Shown: piece after piece, positions 1-7,447 of the stretch
How the letters are laid out: every line of letters starts with the position of its first letter
Position numbering within the stretch: position 1 is the first letter of the stretch
Assembly: GCA_024404275.1 (NCBI GenBank)
Contig: JAKSQG010000032.1
Location: 1 to 13,189, forward strand
From: Clostridia bacterium
GTDB taxonomy: Bacteria; Bacillota; Clostridia; Christensenellales; Aristaeellaceae
Direction of reading: 5' to 3'
Length of the DNA: 13,189 nucleotides
Notes under the pieces: generated by a model
Told to the model about the DNA's origin: nothing
Seen by the model: the letters and a program-made list of their open reading frames with translations, nothing else
The model's database searches: none
Position numbers and translations under genes: made by a program

Positions 1-362
1 TGATGCGCATGACCAAAGCCTCCATGCTGGAGGTGCTGGGCAGCGATTACATCCGCATGGCGCGCTCGAAAGGCGTCAAGGAACGCAGCATCATCATGAA
101 GCACGCCTTCCGCAACGCGCAGCTGACCGTCATCACTGTGATCGGTCAGGGCTTTATCAGCGCGCTGGCGGGCGCCGCCGTGGTGGAGCAATTGTTCAAC
201 ATCCCCGGTATCGGTTCCCTGATGGTCAACTCCATCGAAAAGCGTGACTACCAGACCATTCAGGCCATTACGCTGCTGGTCGCCATGCTCAATGTACTCA
301 TCAACCTGATCATCGACCTGATCTACGGCTGGGCGGATCCCCGCATCCGCCTCAATGACTGA
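1..362 (+). CDS. Peptide/nickel ABC transporter permease, DppB/OppB type (5'-truncated by window edge)
   Basis: The reading frame is open from the window start to TGA at 360-362. The translated tail contains the EAA-type loop region (SDYIRMARSKGVKERSIIMKHAFRNA) and the family-typical C-terminus (IDLIYGWADPRIRL). It sits directly upstream of a DppC-like permease and two DppD/F-like ATPases. Confidence 0.85.
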   Translation, partial: MRMTKASMLEVLGSDYIRMARSKGVKERSIIMKHAFRNAQLTVITVIGQGFISALAGAAVVEQLFNIPGIGSLMVNSIEKRDYQTIQAITLLVAMLNVLINLIIDLIYGWADPRIRLND

Positions 363-379
363 GGGAGGAGGACAGAACC

Positions 380-1306
380 ATGCAGAATAATACCGCCTCT
401 TTTCAGGATAAAGCGGAGCTGAAGCGCATCCGCCGCCGTCTTTCCCGTGAGCAGCATTCGCTGACGCTGCGCCGTTTTCTGCGCAACAAAGTCTCGCTTC
501 TCGGTACCGTCATTGTCGTTCTGATGCTGCTGATCGCCATTTTTGCCCCGCTCATCTGCCGCTCTCTGGGCGTTGACCCCTACACCGCCGTTGTCAAGGA
601 CCGCCTCAAGGCCCCCCTTGACCCCACCGCCACCGTGCGCCATCTGTTTGGTACCGACAACATGGGCCGCGATGTGTTTGCCCGTGTACTGTACGGTGCC
701 CGCATCTCGATGACCGTCGGTTTCCTCGTCGGCACCATCTCCGGGCTGATCGGCATGGCGCTGGGTCTGTACGCCACCACCAGCAAACGGCTGGACAACC
801 TGCTCATGCGCATCTGCGACGGTCTCAAGGCCATCCCCAACATTCTGCTTGCCATCACGCTGATGGCGGTGCTGGGCAGCAACATGCGCAACGTCATCAT
901 CAGCCTGACCATCGTGGCCATTCCCGGTGTCGCCCGCATTGCCCGCTCGCAGGCGCTGCTGGTGCGTGAGCAAACCTATATTGAAGCCATGGACGCCGTC
1001 GGTGCCGGTCATACCCGCATTTTGTGGCGTCACATCATGCCCAACATCCTCTCGCAGGTGATCGTGCAGATGACCTTCAGCTTCGCCTCCGCCATCATCT
1101 CCGAGGCCTCCCTCAGCTTCCTCGGTGCCGGCATCCCCGACCCCGAACCCAGCTGGGGCGGCATGCTCAACCTCGCCCGCGGCTATGTCTACAAGGGCTG
1201 GTGGATGATCATTTTCCCCGCGCTGTTCACCATGCTGTCCGTACTGGGCTTCAACCTGTTCGGTGACGGCTTGCGCGATCTGCTCGATCCCCTGTCAGTG
1301 CGCTGA
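380..1306 (+). CDS. Peptide/nickel ABC transporter permease, DppC/OppC type
   Basis: ATG at 380 is preceded by a GGAGGAGG run (364-371). The 308 aa product has an N-terminal TM helix, then LFGTDNMGRDVFARVLYGARISM, the typical OppC N-terminal signature. The EAA loop is YIEAMDAVGAGHTRILWRHIMPN. The C-terminus NLFGDGLRDLLDP is family-typical. Confidence 0.9.
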   Translation: MQNNTASFQDKAELKRIRRRLSREQHSLTLRRFLRNKVSLLGTVIVVLMLLIAIFAPLICRSLGVDPYTAVVKDRLKAPLDPTATVRHLFGTDNMGRDVFARVLYGARISMTVGFLVGTISGLIGMALGLYATTSKRLDNLLMRICDGLKAIPNILLAITLMAVLGSNMRNVIISLTIVAIPGVARIARSQALLVREQTYIEAMDAVGAGHTRILWRHIMPNILSQVIVQMTFSFASAIISEASLSFLGAGIPDPEPSWGGMLNLARGYVYKGWWMIIFPALFTMLSVLGFNLFGDGLRDLLDPLSVR

Positions 1307-1321
1307 GAAGGAGGAAGAGCA

Positions 1322-2320
1322 ATGAAAGAAAAGATCCTTCAGGTACGGGAGCTGACCACCAGCTTCAAAACGGACCGCGGTATGCTCAAAGCCATCGACG
1401 GCGTCTCCTTCGATGTGTATAAGGGCGAAATCCTGGGCATCGTGGGCGAAAGCGGCTGCGGCAAAAGCGTGACCAGCCAGTCTGTCATGCGCCTGTATGA
1501 TGAAAAATACGCCGTCCGCTATTCGGGCAGCGTCAAGCTGGAAGACCGTGAGCTGTTTGAAATTCCCTATAAAAAAATGCAGGATATCCGCGGCGCTGAA
1601 ATATCGATGATCTTTCAGGACGCGCTGTCCTCTCTGAACCCCGTGCTGCGCATCAGCGACCAGATCATGGAGCCGCTGCGCATCCACCAGCACATGAGCC
1701 GCAAGGAAGCCTATCAGAAGGCCATCGAAATGCTGCGTCTGGTCGGCATCCCCGCCCCCGAAAAGCGGGTGGACCAGTATCCGCACGAACTGTCCGGCGG
1801 CATGCGCCAAAGGGTCATGATCGCCATCGCCCTCGCCTGCCGTCCCAAGCTGCTCATTGCTGATGAGCCCACCACCGCGCTGGATGTGACCATTCAGGCG
1901 CAGATCATGGAGCTGATTGTGGAATTGAACCGCCAGCTGGATATGGGCGTCATGCTCATCACCCATGACCTGGCCGTGGTGGCGCAGACCTGCAGCCGCG
2001 TGGTGGTCATGTATCTGGGACAGATCGTGGAAGAAGCCGATGTGCAAACGCTTTTTGCCGAGCCGCTGCACCCCTACACCCACGGTCTCATGGCCTCCAT
2101 CCCCCGCCTGACGGGACAGCGCAGCGACCGGCTGTACATGATCCCCGGCGTGGTGCCGCTGCTCAATCAGATTCCCACCGGCTGCCGCTTCGCCCCGCGC
2201 TGCCCCTATGCCGATGAGCGCTGCCGTCAGCAGATGCCCGACCTCACCGCCTGCGGTGCCGAGGGACACAAGGTGCGCTGCTGGAATCCCGAAGCCGCCG
2301 CGAAAGGAGCCGAAGCATGA
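1322..2320 (+). CDS. Peptide ABC transporter ATP-binding protein, DppD/OppD type
   Basis: RBS GAAGGAGG lies upstream of ATG 1322. The motifs present are Walker A GESGCGKS, signature LSGGMRQR, Walker [13 protein letters not shown] and H-loop ITHD. The oligopeptide-transporter C-terminal extension is present (HPYTHGL ... [14 protein letters not shown]). Confidence 0.93.
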   Translation: MKEKILQVRELTTSFKTDRGMLKAIDGVSFDVYKGEILGIVGESGCGKSVTSQSVMRLYDEKYAVRYSGSVKLEDRELFEIPYKKMQDIRGAEISMIFQDALSSLNPVLRISDQIMEPLRIHQHMSRKEAYQKAIEMLRLVGIPAPEKRVDQYPHELSGGMRQRVMIAIALACRPKLLIADEPTTALDVTIQAQIMELIVELNRQLDMGVMLITHDLAVVAQTCSRVVVMYLGQIVEEADVQTLFAEPLHPYTHGLMASIPRLTGQRSDRLYMIPGVVPLLNQIPTGCRFAPRCPYADERCRQQMPDLTACGAEGHKVRCWNPEAAAKGAEA

Positions 2321-3294
2321 GCGAAAAACCCATTGTACTGGAAGCCGAAAATGTCGCCACCTGGTTTCCCATCCGCGGTGCCATGGGACGCGTGGTCAAC
2401 CAGGTCAAGGCGGTGGACGGCGTCAGCCTGTGCCTTCGTCAGGGCGAGACCTACGGTCTTGTGGGCGAAAGCGGCTGCGGAAAAAGCACCCTCGGGCGCA
2501 CGCTGATCCGGCTGCTGGAGCCCACCTCCGGCAAGGTGAGGCTCTTTGGCGAGGACATCACCCATCTTTCCGCCAAGGAAATGCTGCGTTTCCGCAAGGA
2601 TATCCAGATCGTTTTTCAGGATCCCTATACCTCGCTGGACCCCCGTCAAAGGGTGGGCAGCATGCTGATGGAGATCCTCAAAATCCACAATATCGGCGCC
2701 ACCTCCGATGAGCGCATGGCCATCGCCATGGAAACGCTCACGCAGGTCGGCCTGCGCACCGAGCATTTTTACCGCTATCCGCATGAGTTTTCCGGCGGTC
2801 AGCGTCAGCGCATCGTGCTTGCCCGAGCGCTGATTCTGGGGCCCAAGATCGTGGTATGCGACGAGCCCGTTTCCGCACTCGACGTTTCCATCCAGTCGCA
2901 GATCATCAACCAGCTGTGCGACCTGCGCGATCAGAAGGGCCTGTCCTACCTGTTCATCTCCCACGATATGAGCGTCGTCCGCTATATTTCCGACCGTGTG
3001 GGCGTCATGTATCTGGGGCATCTGGTGGAGGAAGCCCCCACGGATGAGATCTTCGAGCATCCCCTGCACCCCTACACGCGTACGCTGCTTTCCGCAGTGC
3101 CCTCCATCGATCCGAATGCCGGCGGCGACCGCATCCTGCTGCAGGGCGACCCGCCCTCCCCCATCGATCCGCCCTCCGGCTGCGTGTTCCACACACGCTG
3201 TCCCTATGCCCGCCCCGAATGCGCGCAGAACGTCCCCTCCCTTGAGGAGGTGCGCAGCGGTCATCAGGTCGCCTGCCCCTACGCGAAAGCATAA
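2317..3294 (+). CDS. Peptide ABC transporter ATP-binding protein, DppF/OppF type
   Basis: The start overlaps the upstream stop (ATGA at 2317-2320). The motifs present are Walker [10 protein letters not shown], signature FSGGQRQR, Walker B IVVCDEPVSALD and H-loop ISHD. The C-terminal HPYTRTLL ... CVFHTRCPYARPEC domain is present. The gene ends in TAA at 3292-3294. Confidence 0.93.
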   Translation: MSEKPIVLEAENVATWFPIRGAMGRVVNQVKAVDGVSLCLRQGETYGLVGESGCGKSTLGRTLIRLLEPTSGKVRLFGEDITHLSAKEMLRFRKDIQIVFQDPYTSLDPRQRVGSMLMEILKIHNIGATSDERMAIAMETLTQVGLRTEHFYRYPHEFSGGQRQRIVLARALILGPKIVVCDEPVSALDVSIQSQIINQLCDLRDQKGLSYLFISHDMSVVRYISDRVGVMYLGHLVEEAPTDEIFEHPLHPYTRTLLSAVPSIDPNAGGDRILLQGDPPSPIDPPSGCVFHTRCPYARPECAQNVPSLEEVRSGHQVACPYAKA

Positions 3295-3300
3295 CTCCTC

Positions 3301-3342
3301 GCCCGTTCCCGTCAGAATTCTTTAACGGAACGGGCTTTTTTG
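3301..3342 (+). terminator. Rho-independent terminator of the peptide ABC operon
   Basis: Perfect 9-bp stem: GCCCGTTCC (3301-3309) pairs with GGAACGGGC (3327-3335). It is followed directly by TTTTTT (3336-3341), 7 nt after the DppF stop. Confidence 0.8.
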
Positions 3343-3344
3343 TA

Positions 3345-3373
3345 TTGAAAATGCCCGTGGGATATGTTATTCT
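3345..3373 (+). promoter_or_regulatory. Candidate sigma-A promoter for the CHR pair / oxidoreductase unit
   Basis: TTGAAA (3345-3350), a 17-nt spacer, then TATTCT (3368-3373) preceded by TGT (3365-3367), giving an extended -10-like TGnTATTCT. If real, transcription starts after the ATG at 3364, which favours ATG 3406 as the start codon. Confidence 0.4.
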
Positions 3374-3405
3374 TACCCCAAACCGACAACAAAGATGAGG
3401 CTGAA

Positions 3406-3975
3406 ATGAAACTACTCTCTGATCTGTTTTTGACCTTTACTAAGATCGGGCTGTTTACCTTCGGCGGCGGCTATGCCATGGTTCCCGTCATTGAGCACGC
3501 CTGTGTGGATCAAAAGCAGTGGATCACCCATGACGACATGATGAACATCACCGTCATCGCCGAATCCACTCCCGGACCCATCGCCATCAACTGCGCCACC
3601 TTTGTCGGATACCGTCAAAAGGGACTGATCGGAGCCATTGCCGCCACGCTTGGCATCGTGCTGCCCTCCCTGATGATCATTTTCCTCATCGCTCTGCTGC
3701 TGGACGGCTTTTTGGAAATCACCGTGATCCGGAATGCCTTCAAGGGCATCAAGCTGGCGGTCGGCCTTCTGATTCTGGATGCCGCCCTCCGCATGATCAA
3801 AAAGATGCCCAAAAAGCCGCTCCCGCGCCTCATCATGGGCGGCACCGCCCTCATGATGACGGTCATCACTTTCTTTTCCCTCCGTTTTTCCTCCGTCGCC
3901 CTGCTCCTGACCGCCGGGCTCATCAGCCTGCTGCTGTATGCCTTCCCGAAACAAAAAGGGGGAAGCGCCTCATGA
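3406..3975 (+). CDS. Chromate ion transporter (CHR) family protein, half-size subunit 1
   Basis: The CHR hallmarks are FGGGYAMVPVIEH and ITVIAESTPGPIAIN, followed by several hydrophobic helices. ATG 3406 has GAGG (3397-3400) 5 nt upstream. The track's longer start at 3364 lacks an RBS and would lie inside the putative promoter. Confidence 0.85.
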   Translation: MKLLSDLFLTFTKIGLFTFGGGYAMVPVIEHACVDQKQWITHDDMMNITVIAESTPGPIAINCATFVGYRQKGLIGAIAATLGIVLPSLMIIFLIALLLDGFLEITVIRNAFKGIKLAVGLLILDAALRMIKKMPKKPLPRLIMGGTALMMTVITFFSLRFSSVALLLTAGLISLLLYAFPKQKGGSAS

Positions 3976-4529
3976 TTCTGCTGCAGCTTCTGTGGGGCTT
4001 TTTCAAAGTCGGCTGTTTTTCCTTCGGCGGCGCCTATGCCGCCATCCCGCTCATCCGGGAGGTCGTCCTTTCCTACGGCTGGCTGAGCGATGAAATGCTG
4101 ACGTATATGATCGCCGTCAGCGAAAGCACCCCCGGTCCCATCATGGTCAACCTCGCGACCTATGTCGGCACCGCCGAGGCGGGTCTGGCGGGCGCCCTGA
4201 CCGCCACCTTTGCCGTGGTGCTGCCATCCTTTCTGCTGGTGCTCCTCCTCACGGCCGTGCTTTCCAGAGTCATCAAAAATCCGTATGTGCAGGCTGTGCT
4301 GCGAGGGCTCAAGCCCTGCATGATCGGCATCATCCTGGTCACCGGCGGCCGCATGATCATTCAAAATCTGTTTGAAGAGAGCGGCACCTTCGATCCCCGC
4401 GCACTCCTCATCACCGCCCTGCTGGCCTGTGTTTATTTCAGCCGCGGCCGGCTGTTCAAAAAAAGCCTTTCGCCCATCCTGCTGATCGTTCTTGCCGCCC
4501 TGCTCGGCATGATCGTATACGCCCTATAA
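3972..4529 (+). CDS. Chromate ion transporter (CHR) family protein, half-size subunit 2
   Basis: ATGA overlap with the upstream gene (3972-3975). It carries a second copy of the CHR hallmarks (FSFGGAYAAIPLIREVV and IAVSESTPGPIMVN). The arrangement matches the known short-chain CHR gene pairs of Firmicutes. Confidence 0.85.
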   Translation: MILLQLLWGFFKVGCFSFGGAYAAIPLIREVVLSYGWLSDEMLTYMIAVSESTPGPIMVNLATYVGTAEAGLAGALTATFAVVLPSFLLVLLLTAVLSRVIKNPYVQAVLRGLKPCMIGIILVTGGRMIIQNLFEESGTFDPRALLITALLACVYFSRGRLFKKSLSPILLIVLAALLGMIVYAL

Positions 4530-4550
4530 AATCAATGATGGAGGTTCCCC

Positions 4551-5756
4551 ATGCAATACAGAATCGACCCCAGATCGGGCAACCGCCTGTCCGTCCTCGG
4601 CTTTGGCTGCATGCGCTTTGGAGGGGGCGACCTGGTCAGCTCCTTCAGCGGCAAATTTGACCGTGCCAAGGCCGAAAAACTGATCACCTCCGCGGTCGAC
4701 ATGGGCATCAACTATTTTGACACCGCCTATCTTTATTCCGGCAGCGAGGACATTCTCGGTCAGACGCTGGAAAAGCACGCCCTGCGCGACAAGGTGTACA
4801 TTGCCACCAAGCTGCCGCTCATCCTGCTGCGCAAAAAAGAAGATATCGAACGCATTTTTCAATAGGAGCTCAAGCGCCTGCGCACCGACCACATCGATTA
4901 TTATCTGATGCACATGCTGCCCGATGTGCAGGAGTGGAACAAGCTTTGCTCCTGGGGCATTCTGGACTGGCTCCGTGAGAAAAAAGAGAGCGGCATCCTC
5001 CGTCAGGTGGGCTTCTCCTTCCACGGCCCCTGCAAGGATTTTCTGGCACTGCTGGAGGTCTATGACTGGGATTTCTGCCAGATCCAGCTCAACTATTCCG
5101 ATGAAAACTATCAGGCGGGTCTCACAGGGCTCAAGGCTGCCCACGAAAAAGGGCTGCCCGTCATGATCATGGAGCCGCTGCTGGGCGGCAAGCTGGTCAA
5201 CGGTCTGCCCAAAGCCGCGGAAGAAAGATTTCAGCAGGCCGTCCCCGGCAGAAGCAACGCCGAATGGGGCTTGCGCTGGGTGTGGAACCGCCCCGAGGTC
5301 ACGCTGCTGCTGAGCGGCATGAACGAGATGGAACAGCTGGAAGCCAACGTTGCCTGCGCAGGTCAGGCAGCTCCCGATATGCTCAGCGAGGAAGAGCAGG
5401 CTGCCTACAGGGACGTCAAGCAGATCTTTGCCGATTCCTACAAGGTACACTGCACGGGCTGCCACTACTGCATGCCCTGCCCCGCGGGCGTCAACATTCC
5501 CGGCTGCTTCTCCGCCTACAACGCCCGCAGCGCCGTGGATAAAAACACAGGCCGCATGCAATACCTGATGACCACTTTGATGGGCAACAACCCAAGCTAC
5601 GCCAGCCTTTGCAAAAAGTGCGGCAAGTGCGAGGCACACTGCCCGCAGCATCTTGAGATCCGCAAGGAGCTGGAAAACGTCAGCGCCGAAATGGAGGGCG
5701 TGATGTTCAAAGGCGCCCGCGCCGGTCTCAAGCTCATGCGCAAATTCAAAAAATGA
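4551..5756 (+). pseudogene. Aldo/keto reductase fused to a 2x[4Fe-4S]-type C-terminal domain, interrupted by a single in-frame TAG at 4863-4865 (pseudogene under code 11, or amber read-through)
   Basis: GGAGG lies 6 nt upstream of ATG 4551. The N-terminal piece reads MQYRIDPRSGNRLSVLGFGCMRF...INYFDTAYLYSGSE...IATKLP. The frame then reads FQ-TAG-ELKRLRTDHIDYYLMHML with no frame change (4551 and 4908 are in the same phase). This continues the classic AKR xLxRLxTDxIDxYxxH motif. The C-terminus has CTGCHYCMPCP and CKKCGKCEAHCP (5451-5645). Total length is 401 codons, normal for this family. Confidence 0.85.
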
Positions 5757-5764
5757 TCCTTCAC

Positions 5765-5808
5765 AGCGTTTCCCCTTCGTCTGTTCAGGCGGGGGAAGCG
5801 CTTTTTTC
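5765..5808 (+). terminator. Rho-independent terminator after the oxidoreductase gene
   Basis: AGCGTTTCCCC (5765-5775) pairs with GGGGAAGCGCT (5792-5802) with one G-U pair. It is followed by the T-run 5802-5807. Confidence 0.7.
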
Positions 5809-5852
5809 TATCCGGCAAAATGGAAAATATCCAAAAAGAAACCGATTGTGCA

Positions 5853-5881
5853 TTGACAAAATGGCAAGGTTTTATTATAAT
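5853..5881 (+). promoter_or_regulatory. Consensus sigma-A/sigma-70 promoter of the sugar ABC / GH65 locus
   Basis: TTGACA (5853-5858), an exactly 17-nt spacer, then TATAAT (5876-5881). It lies about 58 nt upstream of the SBP start codon, in the only sizeable AT-rich intergenic region of the window. Confidence 0.75.
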
Positions 5882-5938
5882 TGTGATAAGGTTGAGCGTT
5901 AAACCTGCCAATTCCATACATTTCGAGGAGGTCTGTCC

Positions 5939-7366
5939 ATGAACAGGTTCGTTAAGCTCGTTTCTCTGTTGCTTGCCGCGGCCCTGCTGCTTTCCGCCCT
6001 GCCCTGCACCCTTGCCGAGGAGGTCATCGATGCCGATCTGAACTGCACGATCACCCTGGGCAACTGGCCGGCCGATACCGCGCCTCAGGCTGAAAAGGAC
6101 CTGTTCCTGGGCTATCAGGCCACGATGGCCAAACAGTACCCCAACGTGACCCTGGTGCCCGACTACTACTCCTACACGCTGAGCAGCTATGTGCCCATGG
6201 CCAAGGGCGGCACGGCCCCCAGCATCTTCCAGCCCCCCTTCACCGATCCGCAGCTGCTCATCAGCCAGCATCTGGTCGGCGATGTCACCGAGGCACTGCA
6301 AAATGCCGGCGTGCTGGATAAGTTCAGCCCCAGCTATGTTGAGATGCTGGCGGGCGATGACGGCCGCATCTACGGTCTGCCCCGCGACGGCTATGTGCTG
6401 GGTCTGCACATCAACATCGATCTGTTCCGTGAAGCCGGCCTGATGACCGAAGAAGGCCTGCCCATGTATCCCACCACCCTGCAGGAGCTGGCCGAATACG
6501 GTCAGATCATCCGTGAAAAGACCGGCAAGGCCGGTCTGGTGTTCCCCGCCAGCGAGACCTACGGCGGCTGGCTGTTCACCAACATCGCGTGGAACTTTGG
6601 CTGCGTGGGCGAAAGCGCCCTCGAATATCAGGATGAAGACGGCCGCTGGGTGTGCAACTTCACCTCTCCCGAGTGCATCGCCGCCATGGAATACATGCGT
6701 GACCTGCGCTGGAAGTACGATATCCTGAACGCCGACGCCACCACCTCCGACTGGGCCAGCTCCCACACCTCTCTGGGTACGGGCGAGGCGGCCATGAACT
6801 TCGGTGCCGATGACTGCGTTGACCAGCCCACCGCCAACAAGGGTCTGCCGGTCGACAGCTTCGCGCTGGTTCCCTTCCCCGCCGGTCCCGCGGGCCGCTA
6901 CGCCCTCGCCGGCGGCACCTGCTACATGTTTGCCCCCAACATCACTGCCGATCAGGGCACCGCGCTGATGGCCTACCTGAAGGTGCTGGGCAAGCTGCCC
7001 TTCCTCGATGACGCCATCGTCGCCGGCATGCGTGCCGACTATGCCGCCAAGCGTGACCGCGGCGCCCCCGTGCTGCCCGCCATCAGCGCCTGGAATGACG
7101 AGGACTACAATGCCGCCAAGCAGGCCGTCATTGACGAATTCTGCAACGTCGATATGCGTTTGTACAACGATTTCTTCGATTCCATCTCCGAAGGCACCAT
7201 CACCCTCAAGAGCGAAGAACCCGTCTTTGCCCAGCAGCTGTATCGTGAGCTGACCTCCGTGGTGCAGCGCATGATCACCCGCGAGGGCGCCGATGTGGAA
7301 AAGGCCCTGCGCAAGGCCGAGGAATCCTTCCAGGAGTATCTGGACGACGAGATCAACGACTATTGA
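5939..7366 (+). CDS. Carbohydrate ABC transporter extracellular solute-binding protein (CUT1 / family 1 SBP)
   Basis: RBS GAGGAGG (5925-5931) lies 7 nt before the ATG. The N-terminal signal peptide is MNRFVKLVSLLLAAALLLSALPCTLAEE. At 475 aa it has the size and composition of sugar SBPs. Two MalF/MalG-type permease genes follow immediately. Confidence 0.88.
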   Translation: MNRFVKLVSLLLAAALLLSALPCTLAEEVIDADLNCTITLGNWPADTAPQAEKDLFLGYQATMAKQYPNVTLVPDYYSYTLSSYVPMAKGGTAPSIFQPPFTDPQLLISQHLVGDVTEALQNAGVLDKFSPSYVEMLAGDDGRIYGLPRDGYVLGLHINIDLFREAGLMTEEGLPMYPTTLQELAEYGQIIREKTGKAGLVFPASETYGGWLFTNIAWNFGCVGESALEYQDEDGRWVCNFTSPECIAAMEYMRDLRWKYDILNADATTSDWASSHTSLGTGEAAMNFGADDCVDQPTANKGLPVDSFALVPFPAGPAGRYALAGGTCYMFAPNITADQGTALMAYLKVLGKLPFLDDAIVAGMRADYAAKRDRGAPVLPAISAWNDEDYNAAKQAVIDEFCNVDMRLYNDFFDSISEGTITLKSEEPVFAQQLYRELTSVVQRMITREGADVEKALRKAEESFQEYLDDEINDY

Positions 7367-7381
7367 TGACTGTATGATCCT

Positions 7382-7416
7382 GCGCCGGCGGTGAGTGTCA
7401 TCGCCGGCGCCTTTTC
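7382..7416 (+). terminator. Intra-operon GC-rich stem-loop after the SBP gene (partial terminator / mRNA stabiliser)
   Basis: Perfect 9-bp stem: GCGCCGGCG (7382-7390) pairs with CGCCGGCGC (7402-7410), with an 11-nt loop. It is followed by CTTTTC, a short and interrupted U tract, so full termination is unlikely. Confidence 0.5.
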
Positions 7417-7447
7417 AAGGCAAAGCGACTTTTCCGGAGGAATGACC

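Noticed and set aside
1442-2480. An identical 20-mer, GTGGGCGAAAGCGGCTGCGG, at 1442-1461 and 2461-2480
   Set aside because: Both copies encode the Walker A segment VGESGCG of the paralogous DppD and DppF ATPases. This is paralogue conservation, not a repeat element.
3364-3405. Longer N-terminal extensions from the ORF track: ATG 3364 for CHR subunit 1, GTG 7391 for permease 1, and ATG 8331 for permease 2
   Set aside because: None has a Shine-Dalgarno sequence, whereas the internal ATGs at 3406, 7448 and 8376 do. Position 3364 falls within the putative promoter, 7391 lies inside a hairpin stem, and 8331 would overlap the preceding gene by 29 nt.
4908-5756. Treating 4551-4865 and 4908-5756 (and likewise 9272-10222 and 10280-11566) as four independent genes, as the ORF track suggests
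   Set aside because: The fragment pairs are in the same phase. The codons between the TAG and the next ATG encode conserved family sequence (ELKRLRTDHIDYYL and QQGIHFCSFQLAQTY). The downstream ATGs also lack ribosome-binding sites. Each pair is one gene with one internal TAG.
5837-5850. A cre-like (CcpA) site, AGAAACCGATTGTG, just upstream of the -35 box
   Set aside because: Only the left half (GAAACCG) fits the TGNAANCGNTNNCA-type consensus, and the right half does not. This is too weak to call.
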